A stretch of 64,000 bases of DNA, from the NCBI GenBank assembly GCA_965223665.1, contig OZ245011.1, forward strand, positions 1,696,001-1,760,000. Reading direction: 5' to 3'. Both the position numbers and the translations under genes were made by a program. Origin of the DNA: Nitrospinaceae bacterium (lineage in GTDB: Bacteria > Nitrospinota > Nitrospinia > Nitrospinales > Nitrospinaceae). Below the pieces are notes generated by a model. It worked only from the letters and a program-made list of their open reading frames with translations. It made no database searches and had not been told where the DNA came from. Below are positions 29,468 to 39,285 of the stretch, in pieces; position 1 is the first letter of the stretch, and each line of letters opens with the position of its first letter.

Positions 29468-30043
29468 ATGCGCCGCTTATTTCTTATCAGTTGTGTCGGT
29501 TTATTTTTCCTGAGTTTTAACGGTAATGCATTTGCGAGCTCTATGCCAGAATCCGATTTGCTGACCGCGGGAAAGACTTCGCCTTTTCTCATGTTGGCCG
29601 ACCGGGATGATGACCGCGACGATGACCGGGACCGGGGTCGAGGGCGAGATCGAGGTAGGGATCGAGGGCGTGGACGCGTCGGAGATGATGACCGCGACGA
29701 CGATCGCAAGGATATGAGAAAGGAACGACGTAAAGCGCGCAAGGAGGCCGAGAAAGAAAGACGTAAAGCTCGCAAAGAAATGGAGAAGGAAGAACGCAAA
29801 GCCCGCAAAGAAATGAGAAAAGAACGGAGAAAAGCTCGGAGAGAAGAAGATAAAGACCGAGAAGAATTCCAGCGGGAACGCCGTAAGGACCAAGAAGAAG
29901 CCCGACGCGAAGCGCAAGAAAGACGCGATGAAAGAAGACGCGAAGCAGAAGAAAGACGGGAAGAAGCCATGGAAAAAGCCAAAGAAAAACGCGAAGAAGC
30001 TAAACAAAGAGGCGAAAATAGACGAAGAGGAAGAAGAGATTAA
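29468..30043 (+). CDS. Secreted R/D/E/K-rich low-complexity protein
   Basis: AGGAGG RBS, signal peptide ending AFA, DDDR/RGR repeats and 11-aa RKARKEMxKEx repeats. Confidence 0.75.
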   Translation: MRRLFLISCVGLFFLSFNGNAFASSMPESDLLTAGKTSPFLMLADRDDDRDDDRDRGRGRDRGRDRGRGRVGDDDRDDDRKDMRKERRKARKEAEKERRKARKEMEKEERKARKEMRKERRKARREEDKDREEFQRERRKDQEEARREAQERRDERRREAEERREEAMEKAKEKREEAKQRGENRRRGRRD

Positions 30044-30068
30044 TTTGACGATTAATTAGGAGAATTCA

Positions 30069-30461
30069 ATGAGATATTACAGCATCGCTCGGGTATGGAG
30101 CATCCTTCTATTCATTTTGATTGTATCAGGAGGCTGTGCCCAATATGGCAGAGTCATTTTAGGTGATGACGGAGGCGGCGTGGTGGATATCGAAATCGAT
30201 AAAGGACCCCAGCGGGTTCCGTATCCTCCTCCGAACAATCGCGTTTATGATTACGAAAGGGATAACAACCGTCGCTATGGTCGTGGACCGGCACGCGGTC
30301 ATTACGAAAGCCGACTGCCGAGAGTTCCTCCGGGGCATATGCCGCCTCCCGGACAATGTCGCATTTGGTATCCCGGAACACCGCCGGGCCAACAGCCCCC
30401 ACCCGGCAATTGCCGAGAACTGCGACGCAACCTTCCCCCGGGTGCCTGGCTGATTCGATAA
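30069..30461 (+). CDS. Proline-rich lipoprotein
   Basis: Lipobox SGGC; VPPGHMPPPGQCRIWYPGTPPGQQPPPGNC. Confidence 0.8.
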   Translation: MRYYSIARVWSILLFILIVSGGCAQYGRVILGDDGGGVVDIEIDKGPQRVPYPPPNNRVYDYERDNNRRYGRGPARGHYESRLPRVPPGHMPPPGQCRIWYPGTPPGQQPPPGNCRELRRNLPPGAWLIR

Positions 30462-30483
30462 AGTTATCTCAGAAAAATTCAAC

Positions 30484-30517
30484 GGCTCCTGCCAAAACGC
30501 AGGAGCCATTTTTTTTT
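30484..30517 (+). terminator. Intrinsic terminator
   Basis: ggctcctgc-caaaac-gcaggagcc followed by a T run. Confidence 0.85.
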
Positions 30518-30567
30518 GGAGCACGCAAAATTTTTTCTTTACCTCGGTCATTTGTTTATAATGAGCT

Positions 30568-30864
30568 ATGACTCAACCAAAATTAATAAATCACAAAACA
30601 AATGATAATGCTCGCCGCTTTTTAGAATTGCCGGAAAATGTTTATTCGGAGAGACTTTTTTTGCACACACTTTATTCATGGGGGGCTCAACCCAAAGAAT
30701 TCATTTATACCGTCCTTGAATCCTGGATTATGTTTCATTACCAAAATTATGAATTCAGCATCAATAATCAATATGGTGAATACTGGTTCTTTGTCAGGGA
30801 TCCGGAGTGCCCGGAAGAAATACTTGAGAAGGTGGCGATCCACTTTGCAACGCTACTTAAATAA
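30568..30864 (+). CDS. Small hypothetical protein
   Basis: ESWI.F.Y....FSINNQ.GEYWFFV.DP.CPE.IL..V..HF looks like a conserved small domain. Confidence 0.65.
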   Translation: MTQPKLINHKTNDNARRFLELPENVYSERLFLHTLYSWGAQPKEFIYTVLESWIMFHYQNYEFSINNQYGEYWFFVRDPECPEEILEKVAIHFATLLK

Positions 30865-30906
30865 TGGGTAATAATTTTCGACCGATTTAAATTTTTCTCA
30901 AAAATA

Positions 30907-31374
30907 TTATCGGCCATTCTTTAGTTGCCGCACTTCTTCCAAACAGTGTTTTACTTCTTTGACTTTTGGATGTTCGTCAGGAAGAATTGATTGGAGTATG
31001 CCCAAGGCAGCTTCATAATTCTTTTTGGCTTTTGCATTCTCGCCTTTCGCTTTCCAGGCTTCCCCAAAGTTAAACCAACCGGTTGCAACATTCATTTTAG
31101 TTTCATTATCTAATGAAGCGATAAGATCAATACATTTTTTTGAATTATTAAAGGTTTCTTCATGTTTATCTAATCCGGTTGCGTATGAAACGGGGATTAC
31201 ATGATCCGGGACTTTAAATAGATCCTGGTTTCCGAAATGAATAAAATAATTACTCAGAATCTTCATTTTAATTTTGTAGGCTTTTTTGATTTCAGCTTTT
31301 TGTTTCCACGACTCTACCCAACTTTTCAAACGCTTAACCAGCATAAAATGTTTGTCCTCTGAGACCTTATTCAT
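30907..31374 (-). CDS. Short TPR protein downstream of the ternary operon
   Basis: VATGWFNFGEAWKAKGENAKAKKNYEAAL.I....LPDEHP. Confidence 0.7.
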   Translation of the reverse strand: MNKVSEDKHFMLVKRLKSWVESWKQKAEIKKAYKIKMKILSNYFIHFGNQDLFKVPDHVIPVSYATGLDKHEETFNNSKKCIDLIASLDNETKMNVATGWFNFGEAWKAKGENAKAKKNYEAALGILQSILPDEHPKVKEVKHCLEEVRQLKNGR

Positions 31375-31435
31375 ACTTAAATAGTCTCATTGATTTTTTA
31401 TTTCATATTGGAGTCATTCTATCACGAAACTGTTA

Positions 31436-34400
31436 TCAATAACTGTTTTGGTCGCGGGCGAAGTTGAGGTCCTTTTGAATGGAAATTACCCTGGGATGAT
31501 TTTCTCCAAACGATTTTCTTATAATTTCCAGAGCTTTTTCCAGGTTCTCAATGGCTAAGTCGAACTGTCCACTTTTTACATACGTATTACCCAGTTCCTG
31601 ATAACTGCCTGCTACTTGAGGATGACTTTCACCAAATGTTTTTAAATTAATGATTAGAGCCTCTTTAAAAAATTTAATGGCTTTTGTGTAATCTCCTTTA
31701 CTTTTCCATACCGCCCCCAAATTCCCTAAGCTAAGTGCGCTATTCGGATGCTCTCCTCCTAAGGTTTTCCTATTATTTGCAAGTGCCTTCTCATAATAAG
31801 AAATGGCTTTGTCATAGTTTCCACTCCGGTACAATACAAAACCAAGACTATTTTGATCTATTGCTACTTTTGGGTGATTTTCACCAAATGCCCTTATATC
31901 AACTTTTAAGGCTTTCTCATAAAATTCGATAGCCTTACCATAGTTTTCTTTTGCCAACCAAGCTAGTCCTAGATTGGTATAGTTTTCAGCAACATTAGGA
32001 TGATTTTCACCCAAGGTATTTCTATCACTCGCTAAGGCCTTTTCGAAATAAGCAATGGCCTTGTCATAATCCCCTCTTTCATACGCCGTGGTCCCTAACT
32101 TGCTCCACGTTTGGGAATTCTCTTTCGCAGGAGCCTTTTCCTGTGGGATGGGTCGTGGTGCTTTGCTGTCCTGTTGTTGCTGGGCCGGTGATAATTGTCT
32201 TTGTTCTAAATCCAACGGTTCCTGTTGTTGCGGTTCCGGCGGCTCTTCAAAGAAATCGATACTTTGACCCGCGCCGGATTTCAGATCAGGAATCGCTTGT
32301 TGTTGATTCTGTTGAGGAATAGGCGGCGCAATATTTCCCTGCCGTTGTTCCTTTAATTGTTCCTGAGGTATCGGCCGTGGTGAATTACTTTGCTGTTGAG
32401 GCACCGCCGGTTCTTCTGTTACCTGCGGTGATTCTGTTTCCTGCGCAGGAACGGGAATATTAGAACTCGATTGTTGTCGAACCACTGCTTTGGATCGATT
32501 TTTTTGTCTTTGTTGAAATTCCAATAATTCCTTCTTCTTGGATGAAGGAGGAGCTTTTTTTGGATCTGGCGGCGGAGTTTTTCCTTTCTTGGCAAAAGAG
32601 AGATTTTTCTTTACCTTGACTATTTGTGGATCATTTTTCTTCAAAGTACTTTGGTATATAGTCAATGCCTTTTCATAATACTCCACGGCTTTATCAAAAT
32701 TTCCAAGTAGGTGATAATTTAATCCTATTTCCTCTAAATATAAACCATTTTTAGGATCGATTTTAAATGCATTCTCCATTTCGTTTAAGGCCTTATTAAA
32801 TTGTTTTTCCAAACGAAGAATTTTAGATCGAATAAAATAGTCGTCCGCCAACATTTTTTCTTTCTTTAGGTTTACCTCATCTAAAAATGAATTTAGTTTT
32901 TCAATTTCACCATTCTCCAAAAGTGTAAAAGCATACTCATAACTTGGATCGGAATAATTTATTGAAATTAGTGACTCTTTTAACTGGTCATATTTTTTTT
33001 TCCATAAGTTTGCCTGCTTTATTTTCTCCTCCAACTCTAAATCATCCCTCAGTATCTCATTGAGCTTTTGAATATTTCTCGGGCTAAGCCCCTTGCATGT
33101 AATAGTAACATTTCCATTGAGGTCAGTTATTACGGGATTGCAATCTCCAAATGTCATTTGCAAAGATTTATTTTTTATAACGGTTAGATCCCAACTTAAT
33201 AATTTACCTGCAGTTTGGCCCAACTCATCAGCAACGACTAAAGTCCAGGTCTTTTCACCCGGGGTAAGGTCAAATTGATTGATATTCAATTCTTTTTCAA
33301 CTTCAATTTTCTTTTCCGCACTTCCTTCTACAAGCGCTTCAGGTGTCTTCTGAGATAACGATCCAAACAAAGAGAGCCTTAACTTTTTTTCTAACGGGTT
33401 TTCCACGGTGGCGCGGACAATGATTTTTTTAATTTCAATGGTGTCCCGGTCTAAGTTCAATTTAATTTTACGGCTCACTACATCCACGGGTTTGCCTTGA
33501 TTAATGAGCGCCTGCAATTTAGCCGGCGTCCAGTTTTCGGTGCCTTTCCAAAAAGCAATCACTGCCACGGCTGTTAAGCCAAAGACCAGCCACGGGCGCA
33601 CGCCGTATCCCGGCAGGCCACGCGAGTAGATGAGCTTTTTCCATCCCGAGGGAACGCCGAACTGTAATTTGTTCGTCGGGTTGCCCATCATGAAGTTGAG
33701 AAACACATACTCGTATTTTTCTTCAACCGTCTGGTCACTTTTGAACAAGCCTTTGAGGTAACTCCAAAACGAAGCCAGCGCTTTCGGTTTTTGGGCCACG
33801 TCCAACCGAATGCCTTCTCGAATTTCTTTGGTGGGATGGTCCAGCAGATTTTTCAGAGTCAGCCGAATCGCCTCTTCTTCTTTTTTCGATAACACGGCAA
33901 TCAAGTGAACGCGAAACTCATCAGGAATGATTCCTCGACGGAACCAGGGCAGTTGACTCAACTTGATCAAGCCTTCTTCGGAAAGCACTCTTTCTCCCTC
34001 AGAATTTTTCAAGTGCGCTCCTATATATAAGGTGAGGTCCCAGGTCACCTCCGGATACACTGCACAGGCGCGCAACCACAGGTACGCATCATCCCCCAGG
34101 TAATATTGCAACACTTCAAACAAGCTTTTGATCCATTTCGTTTCATAATCGGAATCTTTCGCGCGGCGGATGGCTTCTTCGATCAGCTCTATTTCCGGAA
34201 GGAACTTTTCAAAATCCAATACTTCCACTTCCTGCCCGGTTTGCAGATGATTCGACAACAGGCTCAATCCCAGCTTACCGGCGGGGAACAGAGTGAACCC
34301 AAATTCTCTTAACTGTTCCTCGAAGAAACCCCAATTGGAAATATCTTTCGGAGTGAAAAACGTGCGTTCTTCCCAATGCTCAAAATCTTTGAGCCAGGGT

Positions 34401-35581
34401 TGCAGTTTTCCGGTGACGGGATGCTGGCATCCGTAACCCTGACTGAACACCAGCAGACGGTGCTCGGGAAACTTGTTCATTAAATCGTAAATGTCATGCG
34501 GAGTCAGTTCGTCTTCATCGCTATAACAATAGCGTGGATCGCTGTTGAAGTAATACGTGTCACAGTGAATGCTCGCCGCCTCCAACGTAGAAACGAGTTG
34601 GAAATAAAAATCGGTAAGAAAGTCCTGCGGATTCGATTGATCCAGCAATATCAAATATTCGGGCAGTGCTTTTTTAGTTCCAAATACAGGAACGAACCGG
34701 CCGGCCTCCTGCGCGGACGCAGCTACTGTTTGGTCGACATTGAGTTCATGAACAGGAACGTCACGATAGTTTCTTAATTTTTGCAAGGTCTCGCGATGCA
34801 GCGGATCGTTGTATAAAAGCTGAGTTTCTCCCTTAACAGAAATGTGTTCCAGCTTCGGTTCAGATTCAGCTTCCTGCCGCTCCAGAATAAAACGCCGTTT
34901 GTACTTACGGTAAAACCACCACAGCAACCAACCCAAGACAGGAATGGATGGCAGGATTCTCAAAATCAATTCATAGTTCACAAAATAAAGTCCAACCAAC
35001 TCATCCCAAAAATTCGCCGGAGGCGGTGGCGTCGCCGGTTCCGGTTTAAACACCTGACTCTCTCCTGTTTTTGGCGGTGGCGGAGGAGGAGGGTCTGGAG
35101 TCCCAATATCCGGTGGGGGTTTTACAAATTGCGGTTCAATGACAAAAACCCACAGGGCATACAAAGCAGCGACAATTAGAGTCCCGAGGCCCGCGTAATA
35201 CCATTTGGAATGAGTGACGACAATTTCTTCCCCTTCTTTTGCGGGCTCCGCGTGTTTGGAATATTGCAGACACCAGCGGTTGAGGAGTTCCCTGAACTCT
35301 TTCTGTTGTTTCGGATTTGAACAAATAATAGGAGACAGGTAACTGACAAAAATATCCTGGTTGGACTTCACCGATCCTTCGACCAGTTTTCCAGCCGAAG
35401 CCAGGGAGAGACATAGATCCTGAACCGCCAGATACTGGTTCAGGCCAATATTAAAACCGTGCTGCGTTTTTAAATAATCGAGAAACTTTTGAATTTCATT
35501 ATAATCCAAAGAACCGCTCGACTTTGACGAGGCAGGAGAGCTGGATGGTTGAGCTGGATCATCCTGAACAGAATCCGGCAT
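31436..35581 (-). CDS. Membrane vWA-like component of a MoxR ternary system, with P-domain-like and TPR C-terminal modules
   Basis: Two TMs around a P-rich loop; LNVDQTV..SA..AG.F.PVF...K.LPEYLILLD, RLLVFS.G, WL.ACAVYPE..W.LTL..G, L.KL..LPWFR.G.IPD..R; third TM; WTLVVAD...AGKLLSWDL; TPR; Q/P linker; TPR_12 array. Confidence 0.8.
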   Translation of the reverse strand: MPDSVQDDPAQPSSSPASSKSSGSLDYNEIQKFLDYLKTQHGFNIGLNQYLAVQDLCLSLASAGKLVEGSVKSNQDIFVSYLSPIICSNPKQQKEFRELLNRWCLQYSKHAEPAKEGEEIVVTHSKWYYAGLGTLIVAALYALWVFVIEPQFVKPPPDIGTPDPPPPPPPKTGESQVFKPEPATPPPPANFWDELVGLYFVNYELILRILPSIPVLGWLLWWFYRKYKRRFILERQEAESEPKLEHISVKGETQLLYNDPLHRETLQKLRNYRDVPVHELNVDQTVAASAQEAGRFVPVFGTKKALPEYLILLDQSNPQDFLTDFYFQLVSTLEAASIHCDTYYFNSDPRYCYSDEDELTPHDIYDLMNKFPEHRLLVFSQGYGCQHPVTGKLQPWLKDFEHWEERTFFTPKDISNWGFFEEQLREFGFTLFPAGKLGLSLLSNHLQTGQEVEVLDFEKFLPEIELIEEAIRRAKDSDYETKWIKSLFEVLQYYLGDDAYLWLRACAVYPEVTWDLTLYIGAHLKNSEGERVLSEEGLIKLSQLPWFRRGIIPDEFRVHLIAVLSKKEEEAIRLTLKNLLDHPTKEIREGIRLDVAQKPKALASFWSYLKGLFKSDQTVEEKYEYVFLNFMMGNPTNKLQFGVPSGWKKLIYSRGLPGYGVRPWLVFGLTAVAVIAFWKGTENWTPAKLQALINQGKPVDVVSRKIKLNLDRDTIEIKKIIVRATVENPLEKKLRLSLFGSLSQKTPEALVEGSAEKKIEVEKELNINQFDLTPGEKTWTLVVADELGQTAGKLLSWDLTVIKNKSLQMTFGDCNPVITDLNGNVTITCKGLSPRNIQKLNEILRDDLELEEKIKQANLWKKKYDQLKESLISINYSDPSYEYAFTLLENGEIEKLNSFLDEVNLKKEKMLADDYFIRSKILRLEKQFNKALNEMENAFKIDPKNGLYLEEIGLNYHLLGNFDKAVEYYEKALTIYQSTLKKNDPQIVKVKKNLSFAKKGKTPPPDPKKAPPSSKKKELLEFQQRQKNRSKAVVRQQSSSNIPVPAQETESPQVTEEPAVPQQQSNSPRPIPQEQLKEQRQGNIAPPIPQQNQQQAIPDLKSGAGQSIDFFEEPPEPQQQEPLDLEQRQLSPAQQQQDSKAPRPIPQEKAPAKENSQTWSKLGTTAYERGDYDKAIAYFEKALASDRNTLGENHPNVAENYTNLGLAWLAKENYGKAIEFYEKALKVDIRAFGENHPKVAIDQNSLGFVLYRSGNYDKAISYYEKALANNRKTLGGEHPNSALSLGNLGAVWKSKGDYTKAIKFFKEALIINLKTFGESHPQVAGSYQELGNTYVKSGQFDLAIENLEKALEIIRKSFGENHPRVISIQKDLNFARDQNSY

Positions 35582-35586
35582 TGGCG

Positions 35587-36642
35587 TTACCCATTTTTAT
35601 AAAAGGAAGGAAACTTTTCTATAAACTCATCGCTTCGGTTTAAATCATTTTTCGATTTCAGCAGTACCGGCAAAGTTGACTTGATGATTCCAGAATTTTT
35701 TTCCACAATGGGACTCTCCGGTTTTTTGACTTCTATAATTTTATGCAAGGCGATGAGCCAATTCAGCATTTCAGAAGTGGACGGTTTTTTTTCCAGGTTC
35801 ATCGTTTCCCGGAGCATTCTGAAAAATGCCAGAATTTCCAACCAGTAGGGTTCAATGTGCGACCAATGGTGACCAATGCGTTTGCTGACAATTTCTTTAA
35901 GACGTTCATCGCTGGGAAAAGGAATATCATAATAAATACAGCGACGGAGAAACGCATCGGGTAAATGCTTTTCTGAGTTACTGGTCACAATCACGATGGG
36001 TCGGTGCTTATCTAAAGCAGAAAATCGGGTATTGCTCACTTCCGGAATTCTAAAATAGAGTCGATCAATTTCATTAAGAATATCGTTTGGGAAATCGCGG
36101 GGCGCTTTATCGATTTCGTCTATTAACACCAGGGAAGTTTTTCGGTCAATTTTATTGGCGGCGGTTTCCCCAAACCATTTTTTAAGATTTTGATCTTCCG
36201 GATCTGAAGCCTGAATGATCGCCCGGCCCAAAGCCTGAAATTCAATAAAGTCCTTGGCTTCCTGTTTATTGTTACTGTCCTGCGCAGCATGAAACCTTCC
36301 CAACGTGTCATAGGTGTAAAACAGATCGCGCGCCAAAGAAGTCGACTTTACTTCAAACTTTAAGGGATCGCCTAATTCCAGTTTATGCGCGACAAATCTC
36401 GCTAATTCTGTTTTTCCGGTTCCCGGTTCACCGGTGATCAGAAGCGGTTGCCTTAAAAACACTGCCACCTCTACGGCTTCCACCAATCGGTCGTCGGGAA
36501 TATAAAACTCCGGATTTTCCTGAAAGGGAGTAGAAAACTCCGGCAGAGAAACGGTTTTTCTTTGAACGTTTCCCAGACTTTGGCCATCCGGTTTTACCAG
36601 ATCTTTTAAAAATCCCCACTTCATAAGAACAGACTCCTTCAC
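35587..36642 (-). CDS. MoxR-family AAA+ ATPase
   Basis: PLLITGEPGTGKT, LIDEIDKAPRDFPNDIL, TSNSEKHLPDAFLRRC, KKPSTSE.LNW; GTG start overlaps the upstream TAG. Confidence 0.92.
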   Translation of the reverse strand: MKESVLMKWGFLKDLVKPDGQSLGNVQRKTVSLPEFSTPFQENPEFYIPDDRLVEAVEVAVFLRQPLLITGEPGTGKTELARFVAHKLELGDPLKFEVKSTSLARDLFYTYDTLGRFHAAQDSNNKQEAKDFIEFQALGRAIIQASDPEDQNLKKWFGETAANKIDRKTSLVLIDEIDKAPRDFPNDILNEIDRLYFRIPEVSNTRFSALDKHRPIVIVTSNSEKHLPDAFLRRCIYYDIPFPSDERLKEIVSKRIGHHWSHIEPYWLEILAFFRMLRETMNLEKKPSTSEMLNWLIALHKIIEVKKPESPIVEKNSGIIKSTLPVLLKSKNDLNRSDEFIEKFPSFYKNG

Positions 36643-37799
36643 TAGGATTTTAAATTTTCATCCAATATTTTATTCAGTGCTAATTTCAGATCTTTCATGG
36701 ACAAATTCTCAACGCCTTGTTGCTCATAAAAACCTTCAATCGAATTGGTTATTTTTATGGCATCCAACTCGATATCATTTTCTACAAAATATTTATTGAA
36801 CCCGGTTTTGTTCACCCACACTTTAGACTCTTCAACATTCACCGGATTCAACATTGGAAAAAAGAATAAGTTGCTTTGGTTGTAACAGTCCGAATTGTTT
36901 TCTTTAATTTTTGGAGAAAGCTTTTCTTCAAAATAACTTTTAATTTGGTCATCCTTTTCTTTAAACTCCAGTCCCAGACCAATGAACACCGGGTGGACAA
37001 AGTTTTTTTCCTGAGCGCGCTTATACCATCGAGACCAAAACCCCACCCAATCCAAAATTAATTTAGATTCCTGTTCCAATGTCTCCACGCTTTTAACCAC
37101 TATACCGCTGTAAAGGAATAACCCTTTTTTCCTTTTTGAAATTTTGTCGTAAAGTGAATCGATCAACGCATCATCTTTGTGAACTGTTTTATCCTCAGCC
37201 CCTGATAAGGATTTTTTATCTGAAGAAGCTTTGCCAAATAATTTACTAAAGAATCCAGGTTTCCTGGTTTTCTTCTTCGAAATATAACTGACGTACTTTT
37301 CAAGTGCTCTTAATAAACATCCATAGCGATCCTGATTCACCGACCCCAGAACCTTGGGCCATTCAATTTGGTCGCATGAATTGTTTTGACTGAACCGGCA
37401 GCGTTGCAGGTCTTCCTCATCCACATAGCCACCTTCAATTAAAATTTGATCATAAAAATAGGTGGTCCAAAAATGCTCATGTTCTTCATTTGAGTTGCCA
37501 TATAAAATGAAAAAATAAGGACCTATATTATTTTTAAAAAATTCTAATGAGAACTGAGATTGGAAATTTTGTTCCTGCACCACGCGATCACAATAATAAG
37601 GAAGATGCGAATAGGAGGGGATTTTTTTATTCGTGGTTGACGGCGGCGCCATTTCATAAGTTTTATAAAAGTTGTTTATAACTTTATCGCCGGCAACTTT
37701 ATCTCCACCGATTTTATCTCCGCCAACAATATCGCCAGCGGCTTTCATATTTCCTAGACTGGCCACATTTTCAGTTTCAGTGGATTCAGTTTGACCCAT
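36642..37799 (-). CDS. Inactive-STAND (iSTAND)-like component with N-terminal GDK pseudo-repeats
   Basis: LPYYCDR..QE..F...FFILYG....EHEHF (degenerate Walker A region); GDIVGGDKIGGDKVAGDKVINN; first gene before MoxR and vWA. Confidence 0.6.
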   Translation of the reverse strand: MGQTESTETENVASLGNMKAAGDIVGGDKIGGDKVAGDKVINNFYKTYEMAPPSTTNKKIPSYSHLPYYCDRVVQEQNFQSQFSLEFFKNNIGPYFFILYGNSNEEHEHFWTTYFYDQILIEGGYVDEEDLQRCRFSQNNSCDQIEWPKVLGSVNQDRYGCLLRALEKYVSYISKKKTRKPGFFSKLFGKASSDKKSLSGAEDKTVHKDDALIDSLYDKISKRKKGLFLYSGIVVKSVETLEQESKLILDWVGFWSRWYKRAQEKNFVHPVFIGLGLEFKEKDDQIKSYFEEKLSPKIKENNSDCYNQSNLFFFPMLNPVNVEESKVWVNKTGFNKYFVENDIELDAIKITNSIEGFYEQQGVENLSMKDLKLALNKILDENLKS

Positions 37800-38488
37800 G
37801 AGACGCTCTCAAAATACTTGATCACTCTTTAATAAACGCATGCATTCCAGAATATCGGGGACGGCAGATAAGGTAAGCACTTTGTTATTGATGTGGTGAA
37901 GCTTATCTGCCACAAAGCATGAAGCTTCGCCCAAACTCTACTCTTTTCAATGATTTGTTGCAAGCGAAAATGGGTTTGCCTTTGGGGGTAGGTTGGGATC
38001 GGCGAAATATTTACTGGAAACCCTACCCGTTGCGGGTTATTCAACTCGACTGTAGGAACTTACCGGTGGGTCAAACGGTTCCGTCGATTGATGAGCAATT
38101 TGGAAGCTTTTTTAAAAAAATAATGAGAAGGTTCTATTATATATAGAGACACTTACCAAACCCTTGCAATTCTCCCCAGGAAAAAAAGACAACCTCATAC
38201 AGAAAGGTTCTTTCCGAGAAAGGCTCTTCAATGGAATTCAGGTTGACTACCCAAATCTTATTTCCTTCTTCAAAAGAGACAAACTGCCCAATATCTAGCG
38301 TTTCATTAAACATTAAAAATTTTTAATAATTCATTTTATCTGCGGTTTTTCAATGATTATCGATTTTTTTAATTCTTCCAAAATTTTTTTCTCTTGCTGG
38401 GTTTACTCTAAAATTGGTAATCTTTGTCCCATAAGTTTTCAACCTAAATTAGTTGGTCATTTATTTAAATTTTTTCGGGAGGGACATC

Positions 38489-38827
38489 ATGCGTCGATTC
38501 AATTTAATCAGTTTGGTGGGATTAATGGTTTTCTGTTTCAACAGCAGTGCCTGGGCAAGCTCAATGCCTGTTTCAGATTCTGTGACTAAAACCAAAACGG
38601 ACCATTACCTGCTAGTTGCGGACATGGGAAAAAAAATGGAAGCCAAGGCTGAGAAAATGAAAGCGAAAGCTGAAGCCAAACATGAGAAAGCCATGGAAAA
38701 GGCGGATGCAAAACACGAGAAGGCTATGGAAAAGGCCCAGGAAAAACACGACAAAGCCATGGAAAAAGCCGAAGCTAAACAGGAAAAAGCTAAGGAAATG
38801 GGCAAAAAGTTAGGGCATGATAAATAA
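38489..38827 (+). CDS. Secreted K/A/E/M-rich repeat protein, paralogous at the N-terminus to 29468..30043
   Basis: GGAGG RBS; MRRFNLISLVGL...AWASSMP.SD; 11-aa AKHEKAMEKAx repeats. Confidence 0.75.
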   Translation: MRRFNLISLVGLMVFCFNSSAWASSMPVSDSVTKTKTDHYLLVADMGKKMEAKAEKMKAKAEAKHEKAMEKADAKHEKAMEKAQEKHDKAMEKAEAKQEKAKEMGKKLGHDK

Positions 38828-38854
38828 GCCACTTTAGACTATTCATTTAACTTG

Positions 38855-38887
38855 TAGCTCCTGCCATTCGCAGGAGCTATTTTTTTT
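38855..38887 (+). terminator. Intrinsic terminator
   Basis: tagctcctgc-cattc-gcaggagcta followed by a T run. Confidence 0.85.
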
Positions 38888-39285
38888 GGAACTCAATGGG
38901 ACCCATTGATGGGCTCCTGTTATTAATATTGTTTGAATAAAAATTTGCATCCTGGGTTGATTCTTTTTTATACATTTACTCATTCCATTAATTCTAACTC
39001 TATTTCAAAACTGTTTCTCTAATTCTAAAAGTTCCCAACAATCTTTTGGAAAATCGCATTTAAACTTTGAACTGGAAAAGACGGTTGCCTAGCTGCAAAA
39101 TTGGCATTCTTCTTGCTCAATATTTTTAGACCAAAAATACTTTTTGGTCCCGGTCTTTGGAGGAGGCAATGCTCAAAATAGTTCAACACTATTTTTTGAT
39201 GCAACTATCCGGCGCTGTAATGCAAAGGATTTCTCTTGCTCCGAAGAAGAATGCCTTGATTGACCTAATTGTATAAGGACTACCC

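Noticed and set aside
29416-30007. S/L/R-rich and F-rich minus-strand ORFs
   Set aside because: Reverse-complement artefacts of the purine-rich low-complexity gene 29468..30043.
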